Shown here: positions 32,588 to 42,872 of the stretch, piece by piece
Numbering within the stretch: the first letter of the stretch is position 1
Layout of the letters: every line of letters starts with the position of its first letter
Assembly (NCBI GenBank): GCA_963796965.1
Contig: CAWCNS010000005.1
Coordinates: 832,001-896,000, forward strand
Source of the DNA: Calditrichia bacterium
GTDB lineage: Bacteria; Calditrichota; Calditrichia; JAJRVZ01
DNA: 64,000 bases
Reading direction: 5' to 3'
Position numbers and translations under genes: made by a program
The notes under the pieces: generated by a model
What the model was told of the DNA's origin: nothing
Databases searched by the model: none
Seen by the model: the letters and a program-made list of their open reading frames with translations, nothing else

Positions 32588-32754
32588 ATTGATTCAGAAA
32601 GGTGAATAACTTTTCCCGCAGAGACACAAAGAGAAGACACCTTTTGTCTCGGTGGTTGATGGAAATATTCTTATTTATTTATCACGGCGGCTTGGCGTCT
32701 TTGCGAGAACCCTGATGCCATTTGATTACAAAAGCAGCTAATAGGAATTGATAA

Positions 32755-33015
32755 TTGAAAAGTGAGCAGTATAAAAAAGTATTTGAGGGAAAAGCCGTAG
32801 AGGCAGATCTTGTAAAAAATATTTTAGAAGAGAATGGTATTTCGACGATTGTAAAAGAAGATATGATGAGTCAGGTTTTCCCTCTTTATGTTGCTACCGG
32901 TGAACTAAAACCAGTAAAAGTATATATTGATCGGTCATCCTTTGAAGAAGGAAGTAAATTAGTTGCTATCTATACCAAACAAATAAATCAGGATGAGGTA
33001 AACGGAAAGGATTAA
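32755..33015 (+). CDS. DUF2007-like small protein
   Basis: EADLVKNILEENGI and VKVYI pattern. Confidence 0.65.
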   Translation: MKSEQYKKVFEGKAVEADLVKNILEENGISTIVKEDMMSQVFPLYVATGELKPVKVYIDRSSFEEGSKLVAIYTKQINQDEVNGKD

Positions 33016-33019
33016 TCAA

Positions 33020-33757
33020 TCACCTCCGTAATACTGCTTTCGAAAAACGATAATCAGGGATATCAACATCAAATGTTATCTCTTCAACAACAAATTCAGT
33101 CCCTTTTCCTTCCTTTAGCATGTCTTTAAACAAAATTCGCATGGGGTACCAGCGATTTTCAATTGCAACGACATCAGATAATTCCATACGCTTTAGCAAT
33201 TTTCCACTTTTTGCATATAATTCCTGTCTCAGAGGAATATATTTCTTCTGATCCACCCATATTTTTCGCATTTCATAGGCAATCTCTTTAGTCTTAGCCT
33301 GAAGTTCTAATAACCAGCAGAGTTGGTTATCGATCGTATCTTTTCCAACGACAACAGCGTCATAGTGATCCTGTAATTTCTTATCATCCATCATATCTTC
33401 ATAGGAAAGATCAGAACCCATTACCGATTGCCGCAGCATATGCCCGGAGATCTGAATTGTTCGATCAGTTGAGGGGGCATACATCCATAACTGATCTTCC
33501 AGTTTAAGCATCTTTGTATCTTTCTCTCTGGGCGGGGCCAGGTATTCTGTAAATGATTTCTCATCACCCACGACCCATGATTTGGACTCAACAGTTCTGC
33601 TGCCACGCCGTCCATGAATAATCATCTTCGACGTCAGCAACCGGCTATCGGAAGACATATTCTGATCAATTTTGTCTAATATTTCTTTTCCATCGGGCAT
33701 CTGCGTCTGAGCTGTTGTCAGGGACATTAAGATAAGTAATGCTAGTACAACCTTCAT
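33020..33757 (-). CDS. LolA-like outer-membrane lipoprotein-sorting protein
   Basis: Signal peptide; LWMYAPS, SVMGSDLSYEDM and YAKSGKLLK. Confidence 0.8.
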   Translation of the reverse strand: MKVVLALLILMSLTTAQTQMPDGKEILDKIDQNMSSDSRLLTSKMIIHGRRGSRTVESKSWVVGDEKSFTEYLAPPREKDTKMLKLEDQLWMYAPSTDRTIQISGHMLRQSVMGSDLSYEDMMDDKKLQDHYDAVVVGKDTIDNQLCWLLELQAKTKEIAYEMRKIWVDQKKYIPLRQELYAKSGKLLKRMELSDVVAIENRWYPMRILFKDMLKEGKGTEFVVEEITFDVDIPDYRFSKAVLRR

Positions 33758-33912
33758 GATTTCTCCCTAATATATTTGCTTCGGTGATTTTTTTTATGAT
33801 CTCGCAGAAACGCAAAGGCGCAAAGTTTTAGAATAATATTTAAAAAACTCTGTTAACTCTGTGCTTCTTTGTGCACTTTGTGATTATCTTTTTCCATTTA
33901 TAATTGATTCAT

Positions 33913-35188
33913 CTATACCTCAAGCTCCTTAAACAATCTGGCTGTATTTCTTTTGTAGATACCAATTCCGGCCAGAGCCGTACCCAGAACAGTGGAGAAT
34001 AAACCGGGTATAAATCCAATATAATAGGCTTGTGGCGTGACATGTGCCCGAAATACAGATGGTATCATCATGGTTACATTTTTCATCATATCGCTAATAT
34101 CGAAGCCCACTTTCTGAAGGTAGAAAGAGATACTCAGACCAATGGCTGTGCCAAGCACCGAGCCAAGCAACCCGATTAAAAATGACTCCAAGATCATTGA
34201 ATAATACACATGACTCTTATTTTCTCCAATAGCTAATCGAAGCCCCACTTCTCCATATCGCCTTAAACCTCCAATTAGGCCGGCATTCCAGAGAACAATG
34301 GACATGGCAAATACAAAAATGGCAATAAAGGTACCTATCATACTGGACATATAATCAAGCATGCTGTCCAGGCCATTTTGTTCTGCTAATCGTAACATTA
34401 CAGGAGCAAATTCATTCTCATCCTTCTCAAATCCTGCATTAAACGCTTCTACCAAGGTTTTCAGCTTTTTGATCAGAATAAACATTATCTTCAAAATACC
34501 CGAGAATTTCGCCTGATGCATCCTGCATATCAAGAACCATCTGTGCATCAGAAATATCCATAATCATCGCAGCCCGATCCATTGCTACCACGCCGAAACT
34601 AACGGTACCTGCAATGATATAATTTTGCATGGCCATACTACCATACATAGTAGAAGACATAAGTGTTACCCTATCTCCCGGAGCCACATCCAGTTTTAAG
34701 GCAAAAACATCACTAATAAGAATTTCTCCTGTTTTTTCAGGCAAAACTCCTCTGGTTAACGATTTTTTCATATTAAGTCTTTCAATTTCCCCACTGGCTT
34801 TTGAAAAAAGTTCTACTGCAATTCCCATCACAGGTCCCTGAGATTTGGTCATTCCCATTTCATCTGGGGCATCCAAAAGGCCGCCAAATTGAATCCTTTT
34901 TACCCAGGTCAGATCCGGATATTTCTGATCCAATTCACCAATAAGAGATCCCACCTCAATCATGGCAAGATCATTAGGATTCTGACCTACATTGTCAGCA
35001 TAAGCCCGGGACATAATTTTCACGTGCCCTGTGGCAAAGGCGGCACTGGTATTAATCATCTCACCCAATACACCCGAAATCCAGCACTGTATCAATACTG
35101 TCAGCATCACGCCGATGGATACAATTAAAATCGGAAAAAGACTGCGGTGGCGGTCCCGCAATATACCTTTTAATAAGAATTTTATCAT
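33913..35188 (-). CDS. ABC transporter permease (MacB/FtsX/LolC family); +1 frameshift near 34460
   Basis: N-terminal TM and periplasmic domain; second frame carries RRYGEVGLRLAIGE and the C-terminal TMs. Confidence 0.82.
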
Positions 35189-35211
35189 AATTACCTCGGT
35201 GGTAATAATTA

Positions 35212-36384
35212 TTAATTGATTTTCCCGCGTATTGCATCCGTTGGCTTCATACGGGATATTTTTCGGGCCGGGATAAAACTGACAATCGTTGCTGTGACAA
35301 AAATGACAATAGTTGTAGTTACAATTAGCCCAATACTATAAACTGGAAAAATTTTTTCAGCGATAGCCATACCATAATCATCTGTATTTTCCGGCATCGC
35401 GATACCGTATTTAGCTTGCAAAGTCAGAAGGGGTATGCCATAAATAGCAGCAACCATGGCAGCAAGAATGGAGTGCATAGAGCCTTCGAGGGTAAACAAT
35501 CGGATGACTTGTCCCCTTGTCATCCCCAGCGCTATCTGAGTGCCAATTTCCTTTTGACGGCGGAATATTGAAAGGACCTGGGTATCAAAAATAGCCAACA
35601 TCGCTAAAAGGAGCAATACAATATATATTATTGAGCCACCTATTTGTTTTTGTTCGATCGTTTGATCGATATCAAACAAAAGAGCGTCCTGATCATTAAA
35701 CTTCCATCCACTAATGTCGGATAAATTTTCTGATCCCGATGCCGCTACCGCAATTGTTGCTTCACCTGGCATTTGCATCATCTCCTGCAATCTTTCCAAG
35801 GGAAGCCAGAGTTGTCCGTTGTCTATTTTTGGTACATTAGTCCTGAAAAGACCAACAACTTTAGCCTCTGCAGCATCGAAAGTCTCATTAGCATCGCGCC
35901 ATCGTATCGTGAAAACATCACCAATATTTAACTTTGTTGCTTCCGCCATTCGTGTACCCATTAGAATGGGAATCTCATCTGAGCGCTCTGCAAGAAGTAT
36001 GGTTGGCAACTGAACAATTGATTGATCAGGTTCAATGCCTTTAAGCAATACAGATTGCATACGACCCTTTGGGTAAATGGTAGATTGTGAGATTAAAATA
36101 GTGGTTAGTGATTTTGATTCTAACTGTTTTTGTAATTCTCCCGGCAATTTGCTATGGCTATCCACCAGAGTAAAAGGATCATAAGGGTCATATTTTTCCT
36201 GCCAGAATTGCCCTCCCCCGATCTCCCACTCAATTGTATCAAGCCGCGCTTGTTCATGCCAACCATCCAGCATTCCTCTATGCCAGATGATAACAACGAA
36301 GGAAATTGAAAGAACAATGACATTAAGCCAGGTACGCAACCCGGCACCGATGATATTACGCCAGGCTAGTTTTAGAGAAAGCAT
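35212..36384 (-). CDS. ABC transporter permease (MacB/FtsX/LolE family)
   Basis: LAWRNI, RRQKEIGTQIALGM and PARKISRMKPTDAIR. Confidence 0.88.
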   Translation of the reverse strand: MLSLKLAWRNIIGAGLRTWLNVIVLSISFVVIIWHRGMLDGWHEQARLDTIEWEIGGGQFWQEKYDPYDPFTLVDSHSKLPGELQKQLESKSLTTILISQSTIYPKGRMQSVLLKGIEPDQSIVQLPTILLAERSDEIPILMGTRMAEATKLNIGDVFTIRWRDANETFDAAEAKVVGLFRTNVPKIDNGQLWLPLERLQEMMQMPGEATIAVAASGSENLSDISGWKFNDQDALLFDIDQTIEQKQIGGSIIYIVLLLLAMLAIFDTQVLSIFRRQKEIGTQIALGMTRGQVIRLFTLEGSMHSILAAMVAAIYGIPLLTLQAKYGIAMPENTDDYGMAIAEKIFPVYSIGLIVTTTIVIFVTATIVSFIPARKISRMKPTDAIRGKIN

Positions 36385-36507
36385 GCTTACTCTCCTCAAT
36401 ATTTTTCGGAGACTGGAATCCGCAATCAGGAAACCGGAACTCTTTAATTGAGATAAAATTTTCAGTTTTCATTGGACACATTCTGTACATAAAAATTTCC
36501 ATTGATT

Positions 36508-37257
36508 TCAGTTTGTATTTTTTTCTGTCTTCGGTCTCCGGCTTCCAGCCTCCGGTCTTTTATGAGATATAATCTCATCAGTTATAACGCGACCATCTTC
36601 GAGTGAAATTTTGCGTCGAAGATAATGGATCACTTTTTCATCATGGGTTGCAAAAATAAAAGTCGTATTAAGATCTTTATTCAATTTTTCCATGGTTTGT
36701 AAAATATGATGGGAATTTGCTGCATCCAGATTAGCCGTAGGCTCATCGGCCAATACGACCTGTGGCTTTTTAACCATCGCTCTGGCTATGGCCACACGCT
36801 GACTTTCACCACCGGAGAGCTGTGACGGACGCGATTTTAGTTTATCTGTCAATCCTACCCACTCAACGGCTTCCAAAACAGACTTTTTTCGTTCCTCTGG
36901 AGTTGTGTTGAGCAAAAGCAGGGGAAATTCTACATTTTCAAAAACGGTATATACAGGAAGTAAATTGTAGGTTTGAAAAATAAAACCCAGGTATTTATTG
37001 CGTAATGTAGCAGCCTCTCTATGGGATAAATCGCCAATTGACTGATCGAGCACCAGCGCTCTTCCCTCAGACGGGGTGTCTAGTGATCCCAGTATGTTTA
37101 AGAGTGTTGTTTTACCGGATCCGCTGGGGCCAACAAGACCAGCAAATTCCCCTGCACCAAAAACAAGATTAATATCATTGAGGGCAGTAAAGTCACCTCC
37201 TCCCACAGGAAAACGTTTAATAAGATTTTCAGTTTTGATTATAATCGAATTTTTCAT
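36508..37257 (-). CDS. ABC transporter ATP-binding protein (LolD/MacB-like)
   Basis: GPSGSGKTT, LSGGESQRVAIARA, ADEPTANLD and ATHD. Confidence 0.92.
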   Translation of the reverse strand: MKNSIIIKTENLIKRFPVGGGDFTALNDINLVFGAGEFAGLVGPSGSGKTTLLNILGSLDTPSEGRALVLDQSIGDLSHREAATLRNKYLGFIFQTYNLLPVYTVFENVEFPLLLLNTTPEERKKSVLEAVEWVGLTDKLKSRPSQLSGGESQRVAIARAMVKKPQVVLADEPTANLDAANSHHILQTMEKLNKDLNTTFIFATHDEKVIHYLRRKISLEDGRVITDEIISHKRPEAGSRRPKTEKNTN

Positions 37258-37433
37258 CTTCAATCTCCTGCTATCATCAAGTTTTTTTTCTATCACTAAG
37301 TCCACGAAGTAGAAACGAAGACCACTGAGAAATATCAATGATTTACAATTTAAAATTCAACATTTATAATTAATTATCTCAGTGTGGAACCCTCTAGGAA
37401 TATGTGAGCCACCGGATAATATATTAGCAAATA

Positions 37434-38039
37434 TCAAGATCCCTCTCTATTGGGCCTAGGTAAAATACCGTAGAATAAGAAATTATTCACTTCCATCACG
37501 AAATCATGATAGTTCGGATATGAGTTAATCAGATCATTTTCTTTTATCATCAATTTTATGTAATTGATGACCGCCAGCAAAAATTCCGGTTTCATTTCAG
37601 CGCGTACTTCGCCTCTTTTCTGAGCATCCTTGATAAAACTCAAAAAGTGTAATACACTCTCCCTGGCCAAGGTATCAAAAAATTCTTTTAGTTCTGATGA
37701 TGAATAAAAATAATCCAGGGCAAATTCATGGCTTATCTTTGCCGTCGATTCATCCTTCATTTCCAAAATTTTCTGTAACTTCTTTTCAAATGGTATCTCC
37801 ATCGCCCGGATTTCATCAAATTTTTCTAATCCCTGCTCAAAACCTTTTTTCCACATAAAGCGAACTAATTCATTTTTATTTTTAAAGTATTTATAGAAGG
37901 TCATTTTACTGACGCTTGAAGTTTTACAGATTTCCTCAATTGGAATACGCTTTATTCCGAATTGCTGAAAGAGATTCAGAGCCGTGTCAATGATCTTCAA
38001 TTGTTTCGCAGGAAGATTTAATTGTGAGAGATCTAACAT
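37434..38039 (-). CDS. TetR/AcrR-family regulator
   Basis: IEEICKTSSVSKMTFYKYFKNK helix-turn-helix. Confidence 0.88.
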   Translation of the reverse strand: MLDLSQLNLPAKQLKIIDTALNLFQQFGIKRIPIEEICKTSSVSKMTFYKYFKNKNELVRFMWKKGFEQGLEKFDEIRAMEIPFEKKLQKILEMKDESTAKISHEFALDYFYSSSELKEFFDTLARESVLHFLSFIKDAQKRGEVRAEMKPEFLLAVINYIKLMIKENDLINSYPNYHDFVMEVNNFLFYGILPRPNREGS

Positions 38040-38085
38040 GTTTACGATATTCCACTATTTATACGTTTTGATTATACTAAGACTA

Positions 38086-38125
38086 TTATCGTATTAATAT
38101 TACTAATTTGTATACGATAAGTCAA
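38086..38125 (-). promoter_or_regulatory. Promoter and candidate TetR operator for the first ABC operon
   Basis: Inverted repeat TTATCGTAT-N17-ATACGATAA (38086-38120) overlapping a minus-strand TTGACT-17-TAATAT. Confidence 0.5.
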
Positions 38126-38211
38126 TAAAAATGTTGCCGTTTTATTTATCTCGTCCAATACGTCGAACATTCGACCAAAAGGAAGAATTTAAGTGTAATA
38201 AAAATAATAAC

Positions 38212-38266
38212 TTGATATATAGTTTTTAAATGTTAATATTGGTCCAAATGTGCAAAGTATCACAAT
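38212..38266 (+). promoter_or_regulatory. Putative promoter of the cytochrome operon followed by a Rex/CRP-like palindrome
   Basis: TTGATA (38212), TGn-TAATAT (38234-38239), then TGTGC-AAAGTA-TCACA (38249-38264). Confidence 0.45.
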
Positions 38267-38296
38267 TATGATATATCTGGGCTGGTATATTTTTTT

Positions 38297-39328
38297 ATGA
38301 ATAGCACTATCTACCAAAGATCAGATCACTCCCTATTTACTATCATATTAATCATTTTCTGTTTATCAATACTTGCCAGATCCGAACCATCCGGGGAATT
38401 ATTTCAACACAATTATAAGATTGCCTGGATCGCTGAATACAGTTCAAACGAAACGTTTACTACAAATGAAAATTTAATCTCCCGATTTTTTAATTTTATT
38501 ACAGGAGAAGATGTATTTCATTTACAAAGACCGATGTCTGTCATTGCCTCCAGGTCTGGCCAGATAACGGTTCTGGATCAGGAAGCAAGATCAATCGTTT
38601 GCATTGATCCTTTGAATAAAAAAATGGATTTAATATCCGCAACCTCCGCTACCCCCTTCCCTTCCCTTCTTGCACTTTGTTTAAATAATAATAATGAGAT
38701 CTACCTTACAGACTCGCATGACAATCAAATATATTTTTTAACATCACCAGATGAAGACCCTGTCATTCTCAATAAATCACTTCAACTGAGGCGACCCACA
38801 GGTATTGCCTATCACCAACAGAACAAGGAAATTTGGGTAGTAGAAACCGCAGCACATCGAATTTCCATCATCGATCAACTGGGTAACCACATTCGATATA
38901 TAGGAAAGCGTGGCCTGAAGGAAGGTGAATTTAATTTCCCAAGTTTTATCTGGATTGATAGAATGGGAACCGCCTATGTCATAGATACCATGAATTTTCG
39001 CATACAAATCCTTGATGGGGAAGGAAATACGATTTCTGTTTTTGGAGAAGCGGGAGACGGCAGTGGATATTTTGCCCGACCAAAAGGTATAGCCACTGAT
39101 TCTGAGGGAAACATCTATATCGTTGATGCTCTGTTTCATGCCGTTCAGATTTTCGACATCAACGGTAATTTTCTCTTCAGTTTTGGTAAACAGGGTCAGG
39201 GAAAAAGCGAGTTCTGGATGCCCTCGGGTATATACATAGATGAGATGGATAAAATTTATATTGCTGATAGCTATAACAGCAGAATTCAGATTTTTCAGTT
39301 ATTAAAAAAGGGCTCAGGTGAGAATTAG
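38297..39328 (+). CDS. Exported NHL-repeat six-bladed beta-propeller
   Basis: Repeats such as LRRPTGIA, GEFNFPSFI, FARPKGIATD and FWMPSGIYID...DSYNSRIQIF. Confidence 0.9.
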   Translation: MNSTIYQRSDHSLFTIILIIFCLSILARSEPSGELFQHNYKIAWIAEYSSNETFTTNENLISRFFNFITGEDVFHLQRPMSVIASRSGQITVLDQEARSIVCIDPLNKKMDLISATSATPFPSLLALCLNNNNEIYLTDSHDNQIYFLTSPDEDPVILNKSLQLRRPTGIAYHQQNKEIWVVETAAHRISIIDQLGNHIRYIGKRGLKEGEFNFPSFIWIDRMGTAYVIDTMNFRIQILDGEGNTISVFGEAGDGSGYFARPKGIATDSEGNIYIVDALFHAVQIFDINGNFLFSFGKQGQGKSEFWMPSGIYIDEMDKIYIADSYNSRIQIFQLLKKGSGEN

Positions 39329-41012
39329 TTTTTATAACTATATTATTTATCTTTGTTTGCTCCCGGCTATTCTTACCGGACAATCTGTAGTAAATACAGT
39401 GCATAATCTGTCTGTAAGTGGAACCGGGACCGTGCGGGCCAGCGAAGAATCAGAAGTATGTATTTTTTGTCATACCCCACACAATAGCAGTCCGCGAAAA
39501 CCATTATGGAATCGGCAGGACCCAGGTTTAACCTATACCCTCTATCATAGCTCTACAATCCAGGCCGAACCAGGTCAGCCGGATGGCAGTTCCATTTTAT
39601 GTCTCTCTTGCCATGATGGCACCATTGCCTTAGGAAATGTTCTTAACCGGACCAATCCAATTGATTTAAACACCGGCATTACCCATATGCCGGCAAGAGC
39701 AAACCTTTCTAAAGATCTCTCCGACGATCATCCCATCTCGTTTATTTATAGTTCCACTCTCTCGGCGACTGATGGTGAATTAGCTGATCCGGCGACCCTC
39801 ATGGGACCTGTGCATTTGGAAAATAATAAAATGCAATGTACCTCCTGCCATGACGCCCATAAAGATATATATCCCTATTTTTTAGTAGCGAGTCGCCAAT
39901 ACTCAGACCTTTGCCAGTATTGTCACAAGAAGACCAACTGGGAACTGAGCAGCCACAACTACTCCAATGCCACCTGGAATGGTTCCGGAAATGATCCCTG
40001 GTTCCACACACCCTTCAATACCGTTGCAGAAAATGGTTGTGAAAACTGTCATAATCCCCATAACGCTGGTGGACCGGCAAGGTTAACTAACTATTATGCT
40101 GAAGAGAATAACTGCCTTGATTGTCATCGTGGGAGTGTTGCTTCAAAAAATATATTAGCGGATCTGGGTAAACCATACAGGCATGATGTTTATTTATATT
40201 CACAGGTTCACGATCCTCAGGAATCGCCACTTGTACAGGAGCGGCATGTGGAATGTGTGGATTGTCACAATCCCCATCTCACTAGACCAGATGCAGCGAT
40301 ACCGCCTGCGGCCGGAGGATTTATTTTAGGTGTACCGGGAGTGAATTCTGAGGGCACTGCTATTTCTGCTATCCGTTATGAATTCGAACTCTGTTACCGT
40401 TGCCATGCCGATAGCCCCGACAAACCCGGAAGCAGCACCTCAAGAGAGATTGAGCAGGATAATACAAGATTCGAATTTGATGTATCCGGTCCATCATTCC
40501 ATCCCATAGAAGGCCAGGGAAGAAACAACAATGTACCTAGTTTGATATCTCCTTTGAGTGAATCGAGCCTCATCTACTGTTCTGATTGTCATGCCAGCAA
40601 CGATAGTCAAGCAGGCGGACCGCATGGCTCAATCTATCCCCATATTCTAAAATATAATTATACAACAACAGATTATACACAAGAATCATACCAGGCCTAT
40701 GAACTCTGCTTTCAATGCCATGACTATAATCAAATTGTCCATGATGAAAGCAATGAATTCTCCAGTAAAGTACATAAAAAGCATATCGTTGATGAAGATA
40801 CACCTTGTAATATCTGTCATGACCCTCATGGTATTAGTTCTGGACAGGGAAACACATCCAATCATTCTCACCTGATCAACTTCGATCTATCAGTGGTGAG
40901 CGCTAGCACGGGGGCCATGGGGCGTCTTGAGTTCAACGATAACGGCAGTTATGCTGGCAACTGCTATCTTAACTGTCATGAAAAAAATCACAATCCAAGA
41001 AGCTATAATTAA
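39318..41012 (+). CDS. Exported 12-heme cytochrome c with an N-terminal OmcE-like tetraheme domain
   Basis: Signal peptide; 11 CxxCH plus one CX3CH (CYLNCH); HNLS, CIFCHTPHN, PLWN, CLSCHDG and DLSDDHP. Confidence 0.9.
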   Translation: MRISFYNYIIYLCLLPAILTGQSVVNTVHNLSVSGTGTVRASEESEVCIFCHTPHNSSPRKPLWNRQDPGLTYTLYHSSTIQAEPGQPDGSSILCLSCHDGTIALGNVLNRTNPIDLNTGITHMPARANLSKDLSDDHPISFIYSSTLSATDGELADPATLMGPVHLENNKMQCTSCHDAHKDIYPYFLVASRQYSDLCQYCHKKTNWELSSHNYSNATWNGSGNDPWFHTPFNTVAENGCENCHNPHNAGGPARLTNYYAEENNCLDCHRGSVASKNILADLGKPYRHDVYLYSQVHDPQESPLVQERHVECVDCHNPHLTRPDAAIPPAAGGFILGVPGVNSEGTAISAIRYEFELCYRCHADSPDKPGSSTSREIEQDNTRFEFDVSGPSFHPIEGQGRNNNVPSLISPLSESSLIYCSDCHASNDSQAGGPHGSIYPHILKYNYTTTDYTQESYQAYELCFQCHDYNQIVHDESNEFSSKVHKKHIVDEDTPCNICHDPHGISSGQGNTSNHSHLINFDLSVVSASTGAMGRLEFNDNGSYAGNCYLNCHEKNHNPRSYN

Positions 41013-41056
41013 AACAGACTATTTATACTAATAATAAACCTGCAGGAGGAGGAATT

Positions 41057-41678
41057 ATGAAAACTATTCTAACATTAGCTGACGATCCTTGCCATCACGT
41101 TACTAAATTCACTTGTTCTGGCTCAAACAATTAAAGGATCGGCACATGATTTTTCTGATGGCACCTGGAACACAACCGGGCAGATCTGCCTGGTATGCCA
41201 TACGCCACACAATGCCGACGTCACGGTCACCAACGCCCCTCTCTGGAATCATGAGACCACGATGTCAACTTTCACAACATACCAGAGTGCCAGCATGGAT
41301 GCCACAACCGGACAACCAGATGCATCTTCAAAACTCTGCTTGAGTTGCCATGATGGTACCGTAGCAGTAGATAATTTTGGTACACAAACCGGCGGTTCTC
41401 ATTTTCTGAGTGGTAATTCCCGTATCGGCACCGATCTGAGCGATGATCATCCAATATCATTTACCTACGATGCTGCTCTCGCTGCAATTGATCAGGGTCT
41501 GTATGATCCGACAACAACCAATTCCGGCCTCGGTAGTTCTATTAGCAATGACATGCTTATTGGAAACCAGGTACAATGTGCCTCATGTCATGATGTTCAT
41601 AATGGCAGTGGTGAAAATAAGTTATTACGCAAATCAAATCAGGCAAGTGGCCTCTGCCTCACTTGCCATAATAAATAG
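41057..41678 (+). CDS. Tetraheme cytochrome c, OmcE-type nanowire subunit homolog; +1 frameshift in the signal peptide near 41078
   Basis: AGGAGGAGG RBS and ATG 41057. Mature QTIKGSAHDFS...CLVCHTPHNA...PLWN...CLSCHDG...GTDLSDDHP...CASCHDVH...LCLTCHNK. Confidence 0.85.
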
Positions 41679-41686
41679 GATTCAGA

Positions 41687-42781
41687 TTGAAACCATTGAT
41701 GCCTACAAATAAAATTGAAATGTCGTTGAAACTAACGATCAGCTTGGTCACCAGCTTATGGATTATCGCCTGTTCTGGCCGAATTGGCAACGTGGATCCT
41801 ACCGATAGCCTGGTTATATATCCCCCACCGCCAGATACAACCCGAATTCAGTATCTGACAAGTTTTAGCAACTCAATTGATATTTCCGGCCAAAAATCTT
41901 CGTTTATGCGCTATGTATTGGGAGAAGATCAGAAGAAACCAATTCACAAACCCTATGGGCTATGTCTGAGTGATGGTAAGCTCTATATCTGTGACTCAAT
42001 GTTGCCGGGTATCGAGATCATTGATTTTGCTAAACAAGATTTCAGGTATTTTGCACCTGGTGGTCGGGGTCAGTTAAAAAAACCGATTAATTGTGCTATT
42101 AACGAACATGGCCACTTATTTGTGGCAGATGCAGCACGAAGGCAAATCATCATATTTAATAAAGATGGTACTTATATAGCGGAGATTGGGGATGGAAAAC
42201 AGGGAAAACCTACAGATGTTCTCTTTTACGAGAACAAACTCCTGGTTTGTGACCTTGACGCTCATCAGGTTAAAGTCTATAATTCCTCCACTTATGACCT
42301 GATTTCTGCCTTTCCGGATACAAACCAGAATAATGTTCAATACCTGTTCTCTCCAACCAATATTTCGGCTTACAATGGCAAAATTTATGTTACCGATACC
42401 GGAGATGCGCGGATAAAGATATTTGACGAAAATGGAATTTATCTTGGATTCACAGGAAGTTTTGGAAAACGTCCCGGTCAATTTGTTCGTCCAAAGGGTG
42501 TTGCTGTAGATATGCAGGGACGAATTTATGTGGCAGATGCTGCATTTGAAAATGTACAGATTTTCAACCAGGCTTCGGAATTACTCATGTATTTTGGTGG
42601 GACCTATAGGAAACCAGGTGATATGTGGCTACCTGCCGGCATCATTATTGATTACACGAGCCTATCTTACTTTGAAGATTATGTTTATAAGGGATTCGAT
42701 CTACAGTATCTGATTTTTGTCGCGAATCAATATGGACCAGACAAGGTAAGTGTCTATGGGTTTGTTGAACCGACTGAATAA
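41687..42781 (+). CDS. NHL-repeat beta-propeller lipoprotein
   Basis: Lipobox IIAC, YPPPPDTTRIQYL, KPYGL, FVRPKGVAVD and MWLPAGI. Confidence 0.88.
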   Translation: MKPLMPTNKIEMSLKLTISLVTSLWIIACSGRIGNVDPTDSLVIYPPPPDTTRIQYLTSFSNSIDISGQKSSFMRYVLGEDQKKPIHKPYGLCLSDGKLYICDSMLPGIEIIDFAKQDFRYFAPGGRGQLKKPINCAINEHGHLFVADAARRQIIIFNKDGTYIAEIGDGKQGKPTDVLFYENKLLVCDLDAHQVKVYNSSTYDLISAFPDTNQNNVQYLFSPTNISAYNGKIYVTDTGDARIKIFDENGIYLGFTGSFGKRPGQFVRPKGVAVDMQGRIYVADAAFENVQIFNQASELLMYFGGTYRKPGDMWLPAGIIIDYTSLSYFEDYVYKGFDLQYLIFVANQYGPDKVSVYGFVEPTE

Positions 42782-42872
42782 TAATCAGAATTATATACAT
42801 TTATAATGCAACAATCTCAACGCCCTCATTAGATGGAGTGACATTAAAATTCAACCAAGGTATTACAATAAT

